From: an uncultured Pseudomonadota bacterium
GTDB taxonomy: Bacteria; Desulfobacterota; Syntrophorhabdia; Syntrophorhabdales; CAYQXL01
Reading direction: 5' to 3'
NCBI GenBank assembly: GCA_964651435.1
Contig: CAZYVU010000010.1
Span: forward strand, 11,392 to 75,391
DNA length: 64,000 nt
Part shown: positions 37,001-44,170 of the stretch, one piece after another
Numbering within the stretch: the stretch's first letter is position 1
Layout: the number at the start of each line of letters is the position of its first letter
Notes under the pieces: generated by a model
The model's database searches: none
What the model was told of the DNA's origin: nothing
Seen by the model: the letters and a program-made list of their open reading frames with translations, nothing else
Program-made: the position numbers and the translations under genes

Positions 37001-38571
37001 ACCACATCGACTCCGCAACGGGCTGCGGCGGGACCCTTTCGGGCTCCACCTACACCACGGGCCCCATCACCGCCGACTGCACGGTCAGTGCCACCTTTGC
37101 CATTAACACGTACACCATCTCCGCCTCCGTCTCCGGAGGCCACGGCACGGTCACCGTCGTAACCCCTACGGTTCCCCATGGCGGCACGGCTACTATTAAT
37201 ATTTCCCCCGACACGGGTTACCACATAGCAGGCATTACGGACAACGGCATCTCCGTGAGGATAATAAACCCCTACACCATCCAGAACGTCACGGCGGCCC
37301 ACACCATCGTCGCCACCTTTGAAGTGAACAGGTACACGCTCACGGCTACTACATCCGGACCGGGCACCGTAAGCGCCGCCGGCCTCATATGCTCCGGAAG
37401 CACGTGCACGGGCACGTATGATTACGGCACAACCGTGGCAGTGACGGCCGCACCCGCTGCGGGCTCCATGCTGAGCGGCTGGTCAGGCTGTGACAGCTCA
37501 TCGGGTAACACGTGTTCGGTGAGCATGACGTCCGACCGGAGTATCAGCGCAACCTTCATCGTTATCAAGACCTTGACCGTTTCCAAAGCCGGTTCCGGTA
37601 CCGTTGCCTCGGCCCCTCCGGGCATCGCTTGCGGCAGCGCCTGCAGTGCACCGTTCACGCCCGGCACCGTCGTAACGCTCACCCCAACTCCTGACACAGG
37701 GAATGTCTTTGCTTACTGGTCGGGGGCCTGCACGGGTAAGCTTGCGACCTGTCTTGTAACGATGGACGCCGACAAGACGGTGGGGGCCGTCTTCGTGCCG
37801 GCGAAAACAAAGACAGTAAAGCTCACCGTCACAAAGGTGAAGACAGCCAAAGGGGACGGCACCGTCGAGAGCAGCGACGGTACGATCAATTGCGGAAAGG
37901 ATTGCTCGGAACTTTTTTATCCCAATACACCCGTCCTTCTCCGCGCCACCCCCAACGCCGACTCGGTGTTTACCGGCTGGTCGGGCACAGGCATTACCTG
38001 TCCCGGTACGGGGACCTGCTCCGTTACCATGGACAAGGCCTATACGGTGAAGGCTACATTTGTCGGGCCGTCGCTTCTGAAGGTCCAAAAGGCCCCAAAG
38101 AACAAGGGAACGGGCGTCATCACCAGCAGCGACGGCGCCATTGACTGCGGAGAGGAGTGTCAGAAGAGTTATGTTTACAACACCGCCGTCACCCTGACGG
38201 CAACGCCTGATCCCGGCTCCGTCTTCATCTCCTGGACGGGCTGTGATGCTGTGTCGGCAAACGTGTGCACCTTTGCGATGAAAAAAGCGAGGACCGCCAA
38301 GGCCACTTTTGAAGGCCCCGTCATCGTCACGGTGACAAGGGCATACCAGAAGAAGGGCGCGGGGACCGTTACGTCTTCCCCGTCCGGCATCGACTGCGGA
38401 ACCACATGCAAGGCCGGGTTTACGAAGGGGACTGAGGTCACCCTGACGGCTACCCCTGCTGCCGGCTCGGTCTTTGGCGGCTGGTCAGGGGGCGGTTGTT
38501 CGGGGACGGGGACGTGTACCATCACCGCCGAGAAGACTACGACCGTGAGGGCGACGTTTATCGGGAGGTGA
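31015..38571 (+). CDS. Giant secreted protein: 4 x seven-bladed RCC1-like beta-propellers interleaved with 13 Ig-like (divergent InlB B-repeat-type) modules
   Basis: Signal-like N-terminus MGRRLCLFTWTVIAVIFFTFQAYAHA. There are 28 blades with the signature DGTVWxWGxNxxGQLGDGTTxxRxSPVQVxGL, counted 7+7+7+7. The modules are of the type GTVTSSPAGIDCGxxCS..TLTATPxxGSxFxGWSGxxCSGTGTCTVT. Confidence 0.9.
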   Translation: MGRRLCLFTWTVIAVIFFTFQAYAHASGVPGAPQDALEDASDNTVWTWGANFSGELGNGTWEPGTRTPGELADFADVTSVAAGDAFTVALKSDGTVWTWGNNAFGQLGDGTTVNKNVPTQVPTLSDIIAMAAGPYHTVALTSAGTVWAWGRNDYGQVGDGTTTNRLSPVVVAGVTGVTAIAAGYEHTLAVRSDGTVWTWGRNNGGQLGDGTTTNRLSPVQVSVLTGAVRLAGGGWHSMALKSDGTVWTWGSNLHGQLGDGSYDWSVIPKVVPGFAGIANIACGGDYSMALKSDGTVWTWGFGGQGSLGTGEWTNRLSPVQVPGLTGVGGATARACTTIAWKSDGSGFWAWGCNEAGQFGDGTFGYQNPSPTAVSALSGIATMASGAGHTVALANPAPPSSYILTVAKSGTGADAVTSSPAGIDCGATCSYVFTAGTVVTLTATPAAGSMFTGWSGGGCSGTGTCTVTLDADVTVTATFAAMPILTVATSGTGSGTVTSSPAGIDCGATCSYAFTAGTVVTLTATPAAGSMFTGWSGGGCSGTGTCTVTMNSATAVTATFGNTAVLTLTRFGTGLGTVTSSPAGIICGNTCSASFSPGSVVTLTATPAAGSTFLGWLGGGCSGTGTCTVTPGAATMVAAIFSSAATGNMVWAWGDNYYCQIGDGTTTDRLSPVQVPGLTGVVAVAGGGYHSMALTSAGTLWTWGLNEDGQLGDGTRTQRCSPVQVPGLTGVTAISGGWGHSLAVKADGTVWVWGGNGYGQLGDGTTTDRLSPVQVPGMAGVVAAAGGGYHSLVLTSDGTVWAFGHNTNGQLGDGTTTDRLSPVQVPGLTGIVAVAAGGSYSAALRSDGTVWAWGDNYYCQIGDGTTTDRLSPVQVPGLTDVAGIAGGDAHVVAKKTDGTARAWGYNAYGQLGDGTTTKRCSPVQVSGLTNVAGMAGGYGHSPALTSSGTFWAWGRNFNGQLGDGTTTNRSSPGQVPGLTGGLSVSAGWEHSIALRAGETPSSYALAVTRTGTGAGAVASSPAGIDCGATCSASFSAGTVVTLTATPDAGSIFTGWLGSGCSGTGTCTVTLNSNTVVAALFSPEATSNVVWTWGHNEYGQLGDGTTADRHSPIAVSGVTNAVGITGGDAHTLAVTSAGTVWAWGWNLYGQLGDGTTADRLSPVQVPGMAGVADAGAGASHTVAVKFDSTVWAWGSNNSGQVGDGTTTNRLSPVQVPGLTGVVAIAAGGYHSMALKSDGTVWAWGWNAFGQIGDGTTTNRLSPVQVPGLTGVVAIAAGAYHSMALKSDGTIWAWGGNMYGQVGDGTVTDRLSPVQVPAFTGTKGIAAGGFHSVALKSDGTIWAWGDNTLGQIGDGTTTERRSPVQVPGMAAVARIGGGGGHTVALASNGTLWTWGNNSKGQIGDGTTTNRLSPVQVPGLTAVTGIAGGWKHTMAVRAGGEPTSHTLTATRTGTGAGAVASSPAGIDCGATCSASFSAGTVVTLTATPDAGSIFTGWLGSGCSGTGTCTITLSGDSIVVALFSQQGTDSSLWTWGNNENGQLGDGTTTNRLSPVQVPGLTGLQGTAGGAEHSMALKSDGTVWAWGNNFYGQLGDGTTTDSLSPIQVPGLAGIVAVAAGDYHSAALKYDGTVWTWGSNGNGQLGDGTTTDSLSPIQVPGLAGVIDLASGGYHIVALKSDGTVRAWGWNEDGQIGDGTTTERLSPVQVPGLAGVKAIATGDYHSMAIKSDGTVWAWGWNENGQLGDGTTTNGLSPVQVPGLAGMTAVAGGNSHTVALKSDGTVWAWGWNEAGQLGDGTTTQRLSPVQTTGLTGAVTVATGGYHSLAIKSDGTLWTWGWNEDGQLGDGTTTNRLSPVQVPGLAGIAKIAAGYVHSLALKFPSSYMLTVTKTGAGTGTVTSSPAGIDCGAVCSAQFIQTTVITLTATAASNSSLTGWSGCDSTPAANQCVVTMNAARFVEASFALKTYVVTPSAGANGTMTPNTPQTVTHNATTSFTVTPATGYHIDSATGCGGTLSGSTYTTGPITADCTVSATFAINTYTISASVSGGHGTVTVVTPTVPHGGTATINISPDTGYHIAGITDNGISVRIINPYTIQNVTAAHTIVATFEVNRYTLTATTSGPGTVSAAGLICSGSTCTGTYDYGTTVAVTAAPAAGSMLSGWSGCDSSSGNTCSVSMTSDRSISATFIVIKTLTVSKAGSGTVASAPPGIACGSACSAPFTPGTVVTLTPTPDTGNVFAYWSGACTGKLATCLVTMDADKTVGAVFVPAKTKTVKLTVTKVKTAKGDGTVESSDGTINCGKDCSELFYPNTPVLLRATPNADSVFTGWSGTGITCPGTGTCSVTMDKAYTVKATFVGPSLLKVQKAPKNKGTGVITSSDGAIDCGEECQKSYVYNTAVTLTATPDPGSVFISWTGCDAVSANVCTFAMKKARTAKATFEGPVIVTVTRAYQKKGAGTVTSSPSGIDCGTTCKAGFTKGTEVTLTATPAAGSVFGGWSGGGCSGTGTCTITAEKTTTVRATFIGR
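32275..32658 (+). repeat. Intragenic direct repeat: two 141-nt copies (32275-32415, 32518-32658), 1 mismatch
   Basis: Read directly. The offset is 243 nt (81 codons). It covers adjacent Ig-like modules. Confidence 0.9.
34032..35525 (+). repeat. Intragenic long-range direct repeat: identical 177-nt blocks at 34032-34208 and 35349-35525
   Basis: Read directly. The offset is 1317 nt (439 codons). Both encode TRTGTGAGAVASSPAGIDCGATCSASFSAGTVVTLTATPDAGSIFTGWLGSGCSGTGTC. Confidence 0.85.
34610..34890 (+). repeat. Intragenic tandem repeat: two 131-nt copies (34610-34740, 34760-34890), 2 mismatches
   Basis: Read directly. The offset is 150 nt, which is one RCC1 blade. Confidence 0.85.
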
Positions 38572-38641
38572 AGAACTGCCAAAAGAACAGCGTATACGAT
38601 TTTTGACCTGAAGAGGCTTTTGTAGAGTCGCGACTTTGAAG

Positions 38642-39517
38642 ATGCGTGTTTATAGCAGGCACATTCTGTTCCTTGTCGTCTCAGCCGCCCTGTTCATGGC
38701 CGCGGCGACGGGGGCGAAGGGCTGCACCCTATGGGCTGCTGCCGGCGACCGAGTGGAAGGCGGCGGCACGCTCCTCGCCAAAAACCGCGACATGCCTCCT
38801 CAGGTCAGCGAGCTGAGGATATACACGCCGAAGGCGGGAAACCGCTTTCTTGGCCTCTTCCACGTAAAAGGCGCCAAGTCTTTTCCCGTGGCCGGCGTTA
38901 ACGAGAAAGGGCTTGCCATTGTGTCCGCCACGGCGAGCAGCATTCCCAGGGCCGAGAGGTACGCAACAGGGCGGGGCCTCAACGAAAAGCTGCTCACGGC
39001 CTTCGATTCTGTCGACGGCCTTCTTGCGAGCCCGGATGCCCTGTCGGCAAGCCACCCCACCTTCTATGTGGTGGCCGACCGCACAAAGATTGCCGTCATC
39101 GAGATAGGCCCCAAGGGGCAGGTTGCAACGAAAACCGAGAACAGCGGCGTGCTCTTTCATACAAACCACTACCTCGACCCTAAGCTCCTCTGGGTAAACG
39201 AAAGAACCGGCAGGAGCTCGCAGGTTCGCCTCGACCGCATCCGCGAACTCCTGGCCTCACATGCCGGACCTTTGACCCTGGAGGCCTTCACCGCCTTCAG
39301 CGAAGACACGAAGGGGGGGCCCGATGACGGCATATGGAGAACGGGCAGCGCCCCCAACAAGGAGAGAACCCTTGCCACATGGATCGTCTCCCTGCCGAAA
39401 ACCGCTGATCCCGTCGTCGCCGTTAAATTGGCCAATCCGGGGGAGCCGGTGAAGACCTTTACCTTCACCCTCGACAACTCTTTCTGGACAGATCGCTCCA
39501 AAGCCATAGTATACTGA
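38642..39517 (+). CDS. Ntn-hydrolase, peptidase C45 / acyl-CoA:6-APA acyltransferase-like, secreted
   Basis: A signal peptide is followed by GCTLWAA (candidate nucleophile Cys), then LLAKNRD and FHTNHY. The ORF-track start at 38636 is TTG; an ATG lies at 38642. Confidence 0.7.
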   Translation: MRVYSRHILFLVVSAALFMAAATGAKGCTLWAAAGDRVEGGGTLLAKNRDMPPQVSELRIYTPKAGNRFLGLFHVKGAKSFPVAGVNEKGLAIVSATASSIPRAERYATGRGLNEKLLTAFDSVDGLLASPDALSASHPTFYVVADRTKIAVIEIGPKGQVATKTENSGVLFHTNHYLDPKLLWVNERTGRSSQVRLDRIRELLASHAGPLTLEAFTAFSEDTKGGPDDGIWRTGSAPNKERTLATWIVSLPKTADPVVAVKLANPGEPVKTFTFTLDNSFWTDRSKAIVY

Positions 39518-39588
39518 GTGATACATTTACACAGGCTTTTTGCGGGGTGAGGGGGGGCAATGTGAACCTCTTTAATCGGTGAGGAACG

Positions 39589-40194
39589 ATGACGGAAGAA
39601 GACCTTCGTTGCGTCAAGGAGCTTTACCACCTTTGGAAGCCCGTTTACCCCTTCCTGGCCCGGCACGTTGCCGGACTCTATGGGAGGCACGGGGGCCGGG
39701 CCGTTGAGCTGGGGCCCTTCGCGGGCGCAATCTACGCCCTTGCGGACAGGGGCGTGGCAGAACATTTCACCCTGGCACCCTTTTCCACCGAGCTGGCCAC
39801 CTTCTTCCGGGAAGAGACGAACCATTCGGGTTACGGGTCGAGGATAGAAGTCTTGTCAACGGATCAGTCCTTTACCAACATTCCATCCTTCGGGGCTGAT
39901 CTTATCGTTTTTCGCGGAGCTTTCTTCTTTCCCGGCCATTTTCATGCCGACCTGAAGGCCGTCGGCCGCATTCTCAGCCCCGGCGGCATGGCCTTTGTCG
40001 GCGGCGGGTTCGGCAGAGACACCCCTGCAGGCGTCATCTCCTCGATAGCGGCCCGCAGCCACGAACTCAATGAACGGCTCGGAAAACAAGATGTGCACCC
40101 CCATGACCTTAAGGGCAGGATAGCGGAGGCAGGCCTTGAGGGCATGGCAACGGTGACGACGGAAGGGGGGCTCTGGGTGGTACTGAGGAAATGA
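39589..40194 (+). CDS. Methyltransferase-fold protein (degenerate motif I), function unknown
   Basis: RAVELGPFAGAIYAL..ADLIVFRGAFFF..ILSPGGMAFVGGG resembles a class I MTase layout. ATGA overlap with the downstream permease. Confidence 0.5.
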   Translation: MTEEDLRCVKELYHLWKPVYPFLARHVAGLYGRHGGRAVELGPFAGAIYALADRGVAEHFTLAPFSTELATFFREETNHSGYGSRIEVLSTDQSFTNIPSFGADLIVFRGAFFFPGHFHADLKAVGRILSPGGMAFVGGGFGRDTPAGVISSIAARSHELNERLGKQDVHPHDLKGRIAEAGLEGMATVTTEGGLWVVLRK

Positions 40195-41495
40195 ACGTAA
40201 GGTACGGCCTCGATGACCGCCCCCCGCTCAAACAGCTTATCGCCTTCGGTATCCAGTGGTTTGCCGTTTCCGTTCCCGCGCTTGTCATTATCGGCAAGAT
40301 CGTGGCGGACGTCCACTCAGCCGATGACGCCGCTCAGGTGCTTTACCTGCAGAAGATGACGTTTATTATCGGCTTTACCCTTTTTGGCCAGATCCTCTGG
40401 GGCCACCGCCTTCCACTTCTCGCCGGCCCTTCCACGGCCATTCTTATCGCCGTCCTGGCCTCCCGCCAATCGGGCACGGCGGCCATCTACGGATCGGTCC
40501 TGGCCGGCGGCCTCATACTTACCGGCATCGGCCTGACTGGGCTCTTCGGCAGGCTGCGGCGCCTCTTCACCCCCCGGGTCGTTGCCGTAGTCTTGCTTCT
40601 CATCGCATTCACCCTCATACCTACGGTGCTGCAGCTCATGATGGGGAGCGGTGCGTCGAGCAGGCCCCTGTCAAACCTCCTCTTTTCTCTTGCCCTCCTG
40701 CTCTCCATGGCCATAGCATACCAATTCCTCAGGGGCACCTTAAGGCTCACGCTCATCATCTGGACCATGGTCGCCGGTTCGGTCTCCCATCACCTCCTCC
40801 TCGCAGGCACGCCGCCCCAGGGCGCCCTTGACAGCCCTGCGGTCTTTTCGTTTTTTTTCTCGGGCCTTACCACATCCCCCGCCTTCGAGTCGGGCGTACT
40901 CCTTTCCTTTCTTTTCTCCTTCCTGGCCCTCATCGTCAACGACTTCGGCTCCATCCAGTCGCTCAACGAGATCCTCAGACCGCAAGGTGCGGCGAGAAGG
41001 ATAGACCGCGGCATAACGGCAACGGGGCTTGCCAATGTGGCTGCCGGATTTTTGGGGGTCCTGGGGCCTGTCAACTTCTCCCTCTCCCCGGGCATCATCA
41101 TGGCTACCCGGTGCGCCTCACGATTCACCCTTCTGCCGGCCGCAGCGCTTCTCTGCGTGATCTCCTTCTCGCCCGCCCTCATCGGCGTCATGGGCGCCAT
41201 TCCCGCATCCGTCATCGGCGCCGTCCTCGCCTACATCCTGTCGTCCCAGATCGCAGCCGGCCTCGGCGTGCTTATGCAGCAACAGATCCCTCTCGACTTC
41301 GAGGGAGGCCTCGTTGTGGGCATCCCCGTGCTCGTGTCGATTCTCATAGCCTTTCTCCCTGGGGCGATTCTCGGCGATGTGCCTCCATTCCTCAAGCCTT
41401 TGCTGGGAAACGGATTTGCGGCAGGCCTTCTGGTCTGTCTCGTCCTGGAGCACGTCGTTTTCCGCCGCCGGAGAGAGGTCCCTCCAACGTCATAA
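40191..41495 (+). CDS. NCS2 (xanthine/uracil/vitamin C permease) family transporter
   Basis: N-terminus PPLKQLIAFGIQWFAVSVPALVII and ~12-14 hydrophobic segments, as expected for nucleobase:cation symporter-2 proteins. Confidence 0.7.
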   Translation: MNVRYGLDDRPPLKQLIAFGIQWFAVSVPALVIIGKIVADVHSADDAAQVLYLQKMTFIIGFTLFGQILWGHRLPLLAGPSTAILIAVLASRQSGTAAIYGSVLAGGLILTGIGLTGLFGRLRRLFTPRVVAVVLLLIAFTLIPTVLQLMMGSGASSRPLSNLLFSLALLLSMAIAYQFLRGTLRLTLIIWTMVAGSVSHHLLLAGTPPQGALDSPAVFSFFFSGLTTSPAFESGVLLSFLFSFLALIVNDFGSIQSLNEILRPQGAARRIDRGITATGLANVAAGFLGVLGPVNFSLSPGIIMATRCASRFTLLPAAALLCVISFSPALIGVMGAIPASVIGAVLAYILSSQIAAGLGVLMQQQIPLDFEGGLVVGIPVLVSILIAFLPGAILGDVPPFLKPLLGNGFAAGLLVCLVLEHVVFRRRREVPPTS

Positions 41496-41570
41496 CCCCC
41501 ATTCTTGCGCTGCCATTTGCCTTCTGTTACAATTGATAGGCAGTTCAATACGTTACTACGAGGGGGAATA

Positions 41571-42008
41571 ATGAAGCTTCCGGAGTACATCACACAAGAA
41601 GAAGTGAAGAGGGTCTGCAAGGAGATCAAGGTCCGCGACTGGACAACCCTCAAAGAACCGAAGACGACACCAAAGGAGGCAAAAACCATCCTCGACCTCG
41701 TCAATACGGAGAAGATGCCCATCGACGTCAGTGAATTCCGGGCGGGCCTCGACGTGGAGCTCGAACACGGGACCCGCTTTAAGGATGCCAACGTGACGAA
41801 CAACCACCCCATCATCACGGGCATGATCGTCCTCGCGCACCTGAAGGAATCTCTCGATTACTACAAGCTCCTCGATGTAGCCGAGCTGGAGGGCGACCTT
41901 CTGAAGGCCGTCGCCAAGGGCGACATGAAGAAGACAAAGGAGAAATACAAAAAACTCGCCGCGGCGAGGATCGTCCTTGCCAAGGCGGAGGCGGCACAGG
42001 TCAAATAG
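41571..42008 (+). CDS. Conserved hypothetical protein (VELEHG motif; DUF5661-like by recollection)
   Basis: GAGGGGG RBS then ATG at 41571. Good coding pattern with GLDVELEHGTRFKDANVTNNHP. Confidence 0.6.
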   Translation: MKLPEYITQEEVKRVCKEIKVRDWTTLKEPKTTPKEAKTILDLVNTEKMPIDVSEFRAGLDVELEHGTRFKDANVTNNHPIITGMIVLAHLKESLDYYKLLDVAELEGDLLKAVAKGDMKKTKEKYKKLAAARIVLAKAEAAQVK

Positions 42009-42137
42009 GAGAAATTTGATCCGGGGCATCCATGTCTTTCGTAAGAAAACAGATGATATTCTCACCCTGATAGGCTATATTTATGACCGGGGAAGCTTCT
42101 GGAGGTGATTACAAATCATCACAAGGAGGCTTTACCT

Positions 42138-42695
42138 ATGGAAGAGAAGCTCGCAAACCCGGCACCGCTCGGCCTCATGGGATTCGGCATGACAACGGTG
42201 CTCCTCAACATCCACAATGCCGGCTTTTTCCCCATCGGGTCCATGATCCTCGCCATGGGCTTGTGCTACGGGGGGCTGGCCCAGATCATTGCCGGCATCA
42301 TGGAGTTCAAGAAGGGCAACACCTTCGGATTTACCGCTTTTACGTCATACGGCCTCTTCTGGTGGACCCTCGTGTTTATCCTCGTTTTCAAGGCCCTTCC
42401 CGGCAATCCCGAACCTTTTATGGGCTGGTATCTCTTCATGTGGGGACTCTTCACCTTCTTCATGTGGTTCGGCACCTTCGGCAAGAACAGGCTCATCCAG
42501 TTCGTATTTCTGAGTCTCACCATCCTCTTCTGGCTCCTGGCCATTCGCGATTGGACGGGAAGTCACACCGTCGGCACCATAGCGGGCTGGGAAGGCATCA
42601 TCTGCGGCCTTTCGGCGGTCTACCTCGCCATGGCTGAGGTGCTCAACGAGGCAAAGGGTCGGACCGTTCTGCCAATCGGGGACCTGGGCAAGTAA
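42138..42695 (+). CDS. satP: GPR1/FUN34/YaaH family acetate/succinate transporter
   Basis: [23 protein letters not shown] is the family signature. There are six hydrophobic segments. AGGAGG RBS before the ATG at 42138. Confidence 0.88.
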   Translation: MEEKLANPAPLGLMGFGMTTVLLNIHNAGFFPIGSMILAMGLCYGGLAQIIAGIMEFKKGNTFGFTAFTSYGLFWWTLVFILVFKALPGNPEPFMGWYLFMWGLFTFFMWFGTFGKNRLIQFVFLSLTILFWLLAIRDWTGSHTVGTIAGWEGIICGLSAVYLAMAEVLNEAKGRTVLPIGDLGK

Positions 42696-42785
42696 GTTCG
42701 GAGTGGGGAGTTCGGAGTGAAAGGCAGAAGCGGGGAAACGGCGAGAAGAGTTCGGAGTTCGGAGACCGCAGCAAGTGAGTTCGGG
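42694..42785. repeat. Cluster of GAGTTCGGRG short repeats
   Basis: AAGTTCGGAG 42694-42703, GAGTTCGGAG 42708-42717, GAGTTCGGAGTTCGGAG 42748-42764 and GAGTTCGGG 42777-42785. The same decamer occurs at 5558-5567 and 5579-5588. Confidence 0.85.
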
Positions 42786-42867
42786 TGCTAAAGAGCGTTC
42801 TCTTGCTCTGCGCTCCTAAAATTCAACGCTCTTGAAGGCCGTCAGACCGCTCGTCGAGTCCCGCAGT

Positions 42868-43614
42868 CTACCGCCGGTTTACGCTCCGGAGGAGTGCCTC
42901 CTGTGCCTTGGGTGAAAGACCAAGGCCAGGCAGGTCCTTCCGCAGGGATTCGACAGTACCGAAGCCCCCCACGTATCCGTTGACCCGCGTAACGGCCGGG
43001 GAAGCAATAAAATCCTTAAGGTCCGGATACCTGGCATAGTATTCCTTCGCGATCTCCGGCCGGCCTCGCAGGTAATACTTCTGGTGGTAGTCCTCGGCAA
43101 GATAGAACTTGCGAAAGGGTACGACCTCCGTTTGGGCCTTGTGGCCCACTTTCTTTTCAAGCTGTCCCAAAAAGGCCGCGGCGGCCTTCTGCTGCTCGGC
43201 GCTGTGGTAAAAGATGACAGAGGCATACTGACGTGACCACGACCGGCTGAAGGGTTCGTGGCTGTCGGCAAAAACCTTAAGAAGCCCTTCATAGGTCACC
43301 CTTGCCGGGTCAAAGTCTATCTGAATCGTCTCGGAATGGTCACCCAAACTTCGGTAGGTTGGATTTTCTTTGGTCCCGCCGCTGTAGCCGACACGCGTCC
43401 TCACCACTCCATCGATAAGCCCGAACCGGGCATCGGGACCCCAAAATCACCCAAGGGCAAAGGTGGCTGTTTCAAGCGCCTTCTTTTCGCCGGCCCGGCT
43501 GTGGTCGACCACTCCTGGGAGCATAAGCATGCAGATGGCCGTGAGTCCAACAAGGGATAGGTGGGCCAAGAGGCTGCCCGGGGACTTTACCCTGATACGC
43601 AATCTGCTTTTCAT
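42868..43614 (-). CDS. msrA: Peptide methionine-S-sulfoxide reductase MsrA with in-frame UGA (selenocysteine) at the catalytic position and an N-terminal signal/anchor
   Basis: ORFs 43447..43725 and 42868..43407 are in the same frame and are separated only by TGA at 43447-43449. The read-through gives ..ETATFALG-U-FWGPDARFGLIDGVVRTRVGYSGG, i.e. the GCFWG active-site motif with U for C. The start MKSRLRIRV is at 43614. Confidence 0.8.
43413..43435 (-). promoter_or_regulatory. Candidate bacterial SECIS hairpin
   Basis: Minus-sense CGAUGCCCG-GUU-CGGGC-UU-AUCG begins 12 nt after the UGA codon. It has a GC-rich upper stem, a GU-containing apical loop and a UU bulge. Confidence 0.5.
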
Positions 43615-43762
43615 GCTCACAATATAAGTCCTTTTGGCCGTTTCGCAAGGGATGGTTGCGATGGACTCCGGTGAAGGGGCGCTTGCCGGCTCCAGCATTG
43701 ATACGGAGGGAAATCGCAAAGGCAAAGAAGGGCGCGTCGTTCGTAAGGGAATTGGGGCGGAG

Positions 43763-43793
43763 AAAAAGCCGGCCCGGCATTATCCGGGCCGGC
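43763..43793 (-). terminator. Rho-independent terminator downstream of csp
   Basis: Perfect 10-bp stem GCCGGCCCGG/CCGGGCCGGC (43768-43777 / 43784-43793) with a 6-nt loop, followed on the minus strand by TTTTT (43763-43767). Confidence 0.8.
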
Positions 43794-43804
43794 TTCGAGA
43801 TGGC

Positions 43805-44005
43805 TTACCTTTTTACTACGTTTGCTGCTGCAGGACCCTTCGGTCCGCTGACAACGTCAAAAGTCACCGCATCCCCTTCTGATAAGGATCTGAAACCACT
43901 GCCCTGAATGACCGTATGATGAACAAAAACATCGGAGCCATCGTCTGTGGTAATAAATCCAAATCCTTTTGCATCATTAAACCACTTCACTGTACCTCTT
44001 GCCAT
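43805..44005 (-). CDS. Cold-shock domain protein (CspA family)
   Basis: [15 protein letters not shown] (RNP1) and DVFVHH (RNP2). 66 aa. Confidence 0.95.
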   Translation of the reverse strand: MARGTVKWFNDAKGFGFITTDDGSDVFVHHTVIQGSGFRSLSEGDAVTFDVVSGPKGPAAANVVKR

Positions 44006-44170
44006 ATTGGCACCTCTTTGTTTGAATTTGAAGGATACGGAGTCTAAGTTAAGAAGAAACGAGAAACAAGAAAATTTCTGCGGTTGCTACTAACCGATAC
44101 TTCCGGCTGCTTCGACCATTATTATCGCACAGACCGGCGAGAATTACAAGAGCCGTTAAAAAAAGCCACG

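Noticed and set aside
30919-38582. Many 60-335-aa ORFs on both strands within the RCC1 gene region (for example 30919..31926, 33109..33831, 34786..35337)
   Set aside because: They are alternative-frame or antisense readings of the repetitive GC-rich blade codons. They repeat with the same period as the sense gene and have no independent start signals.
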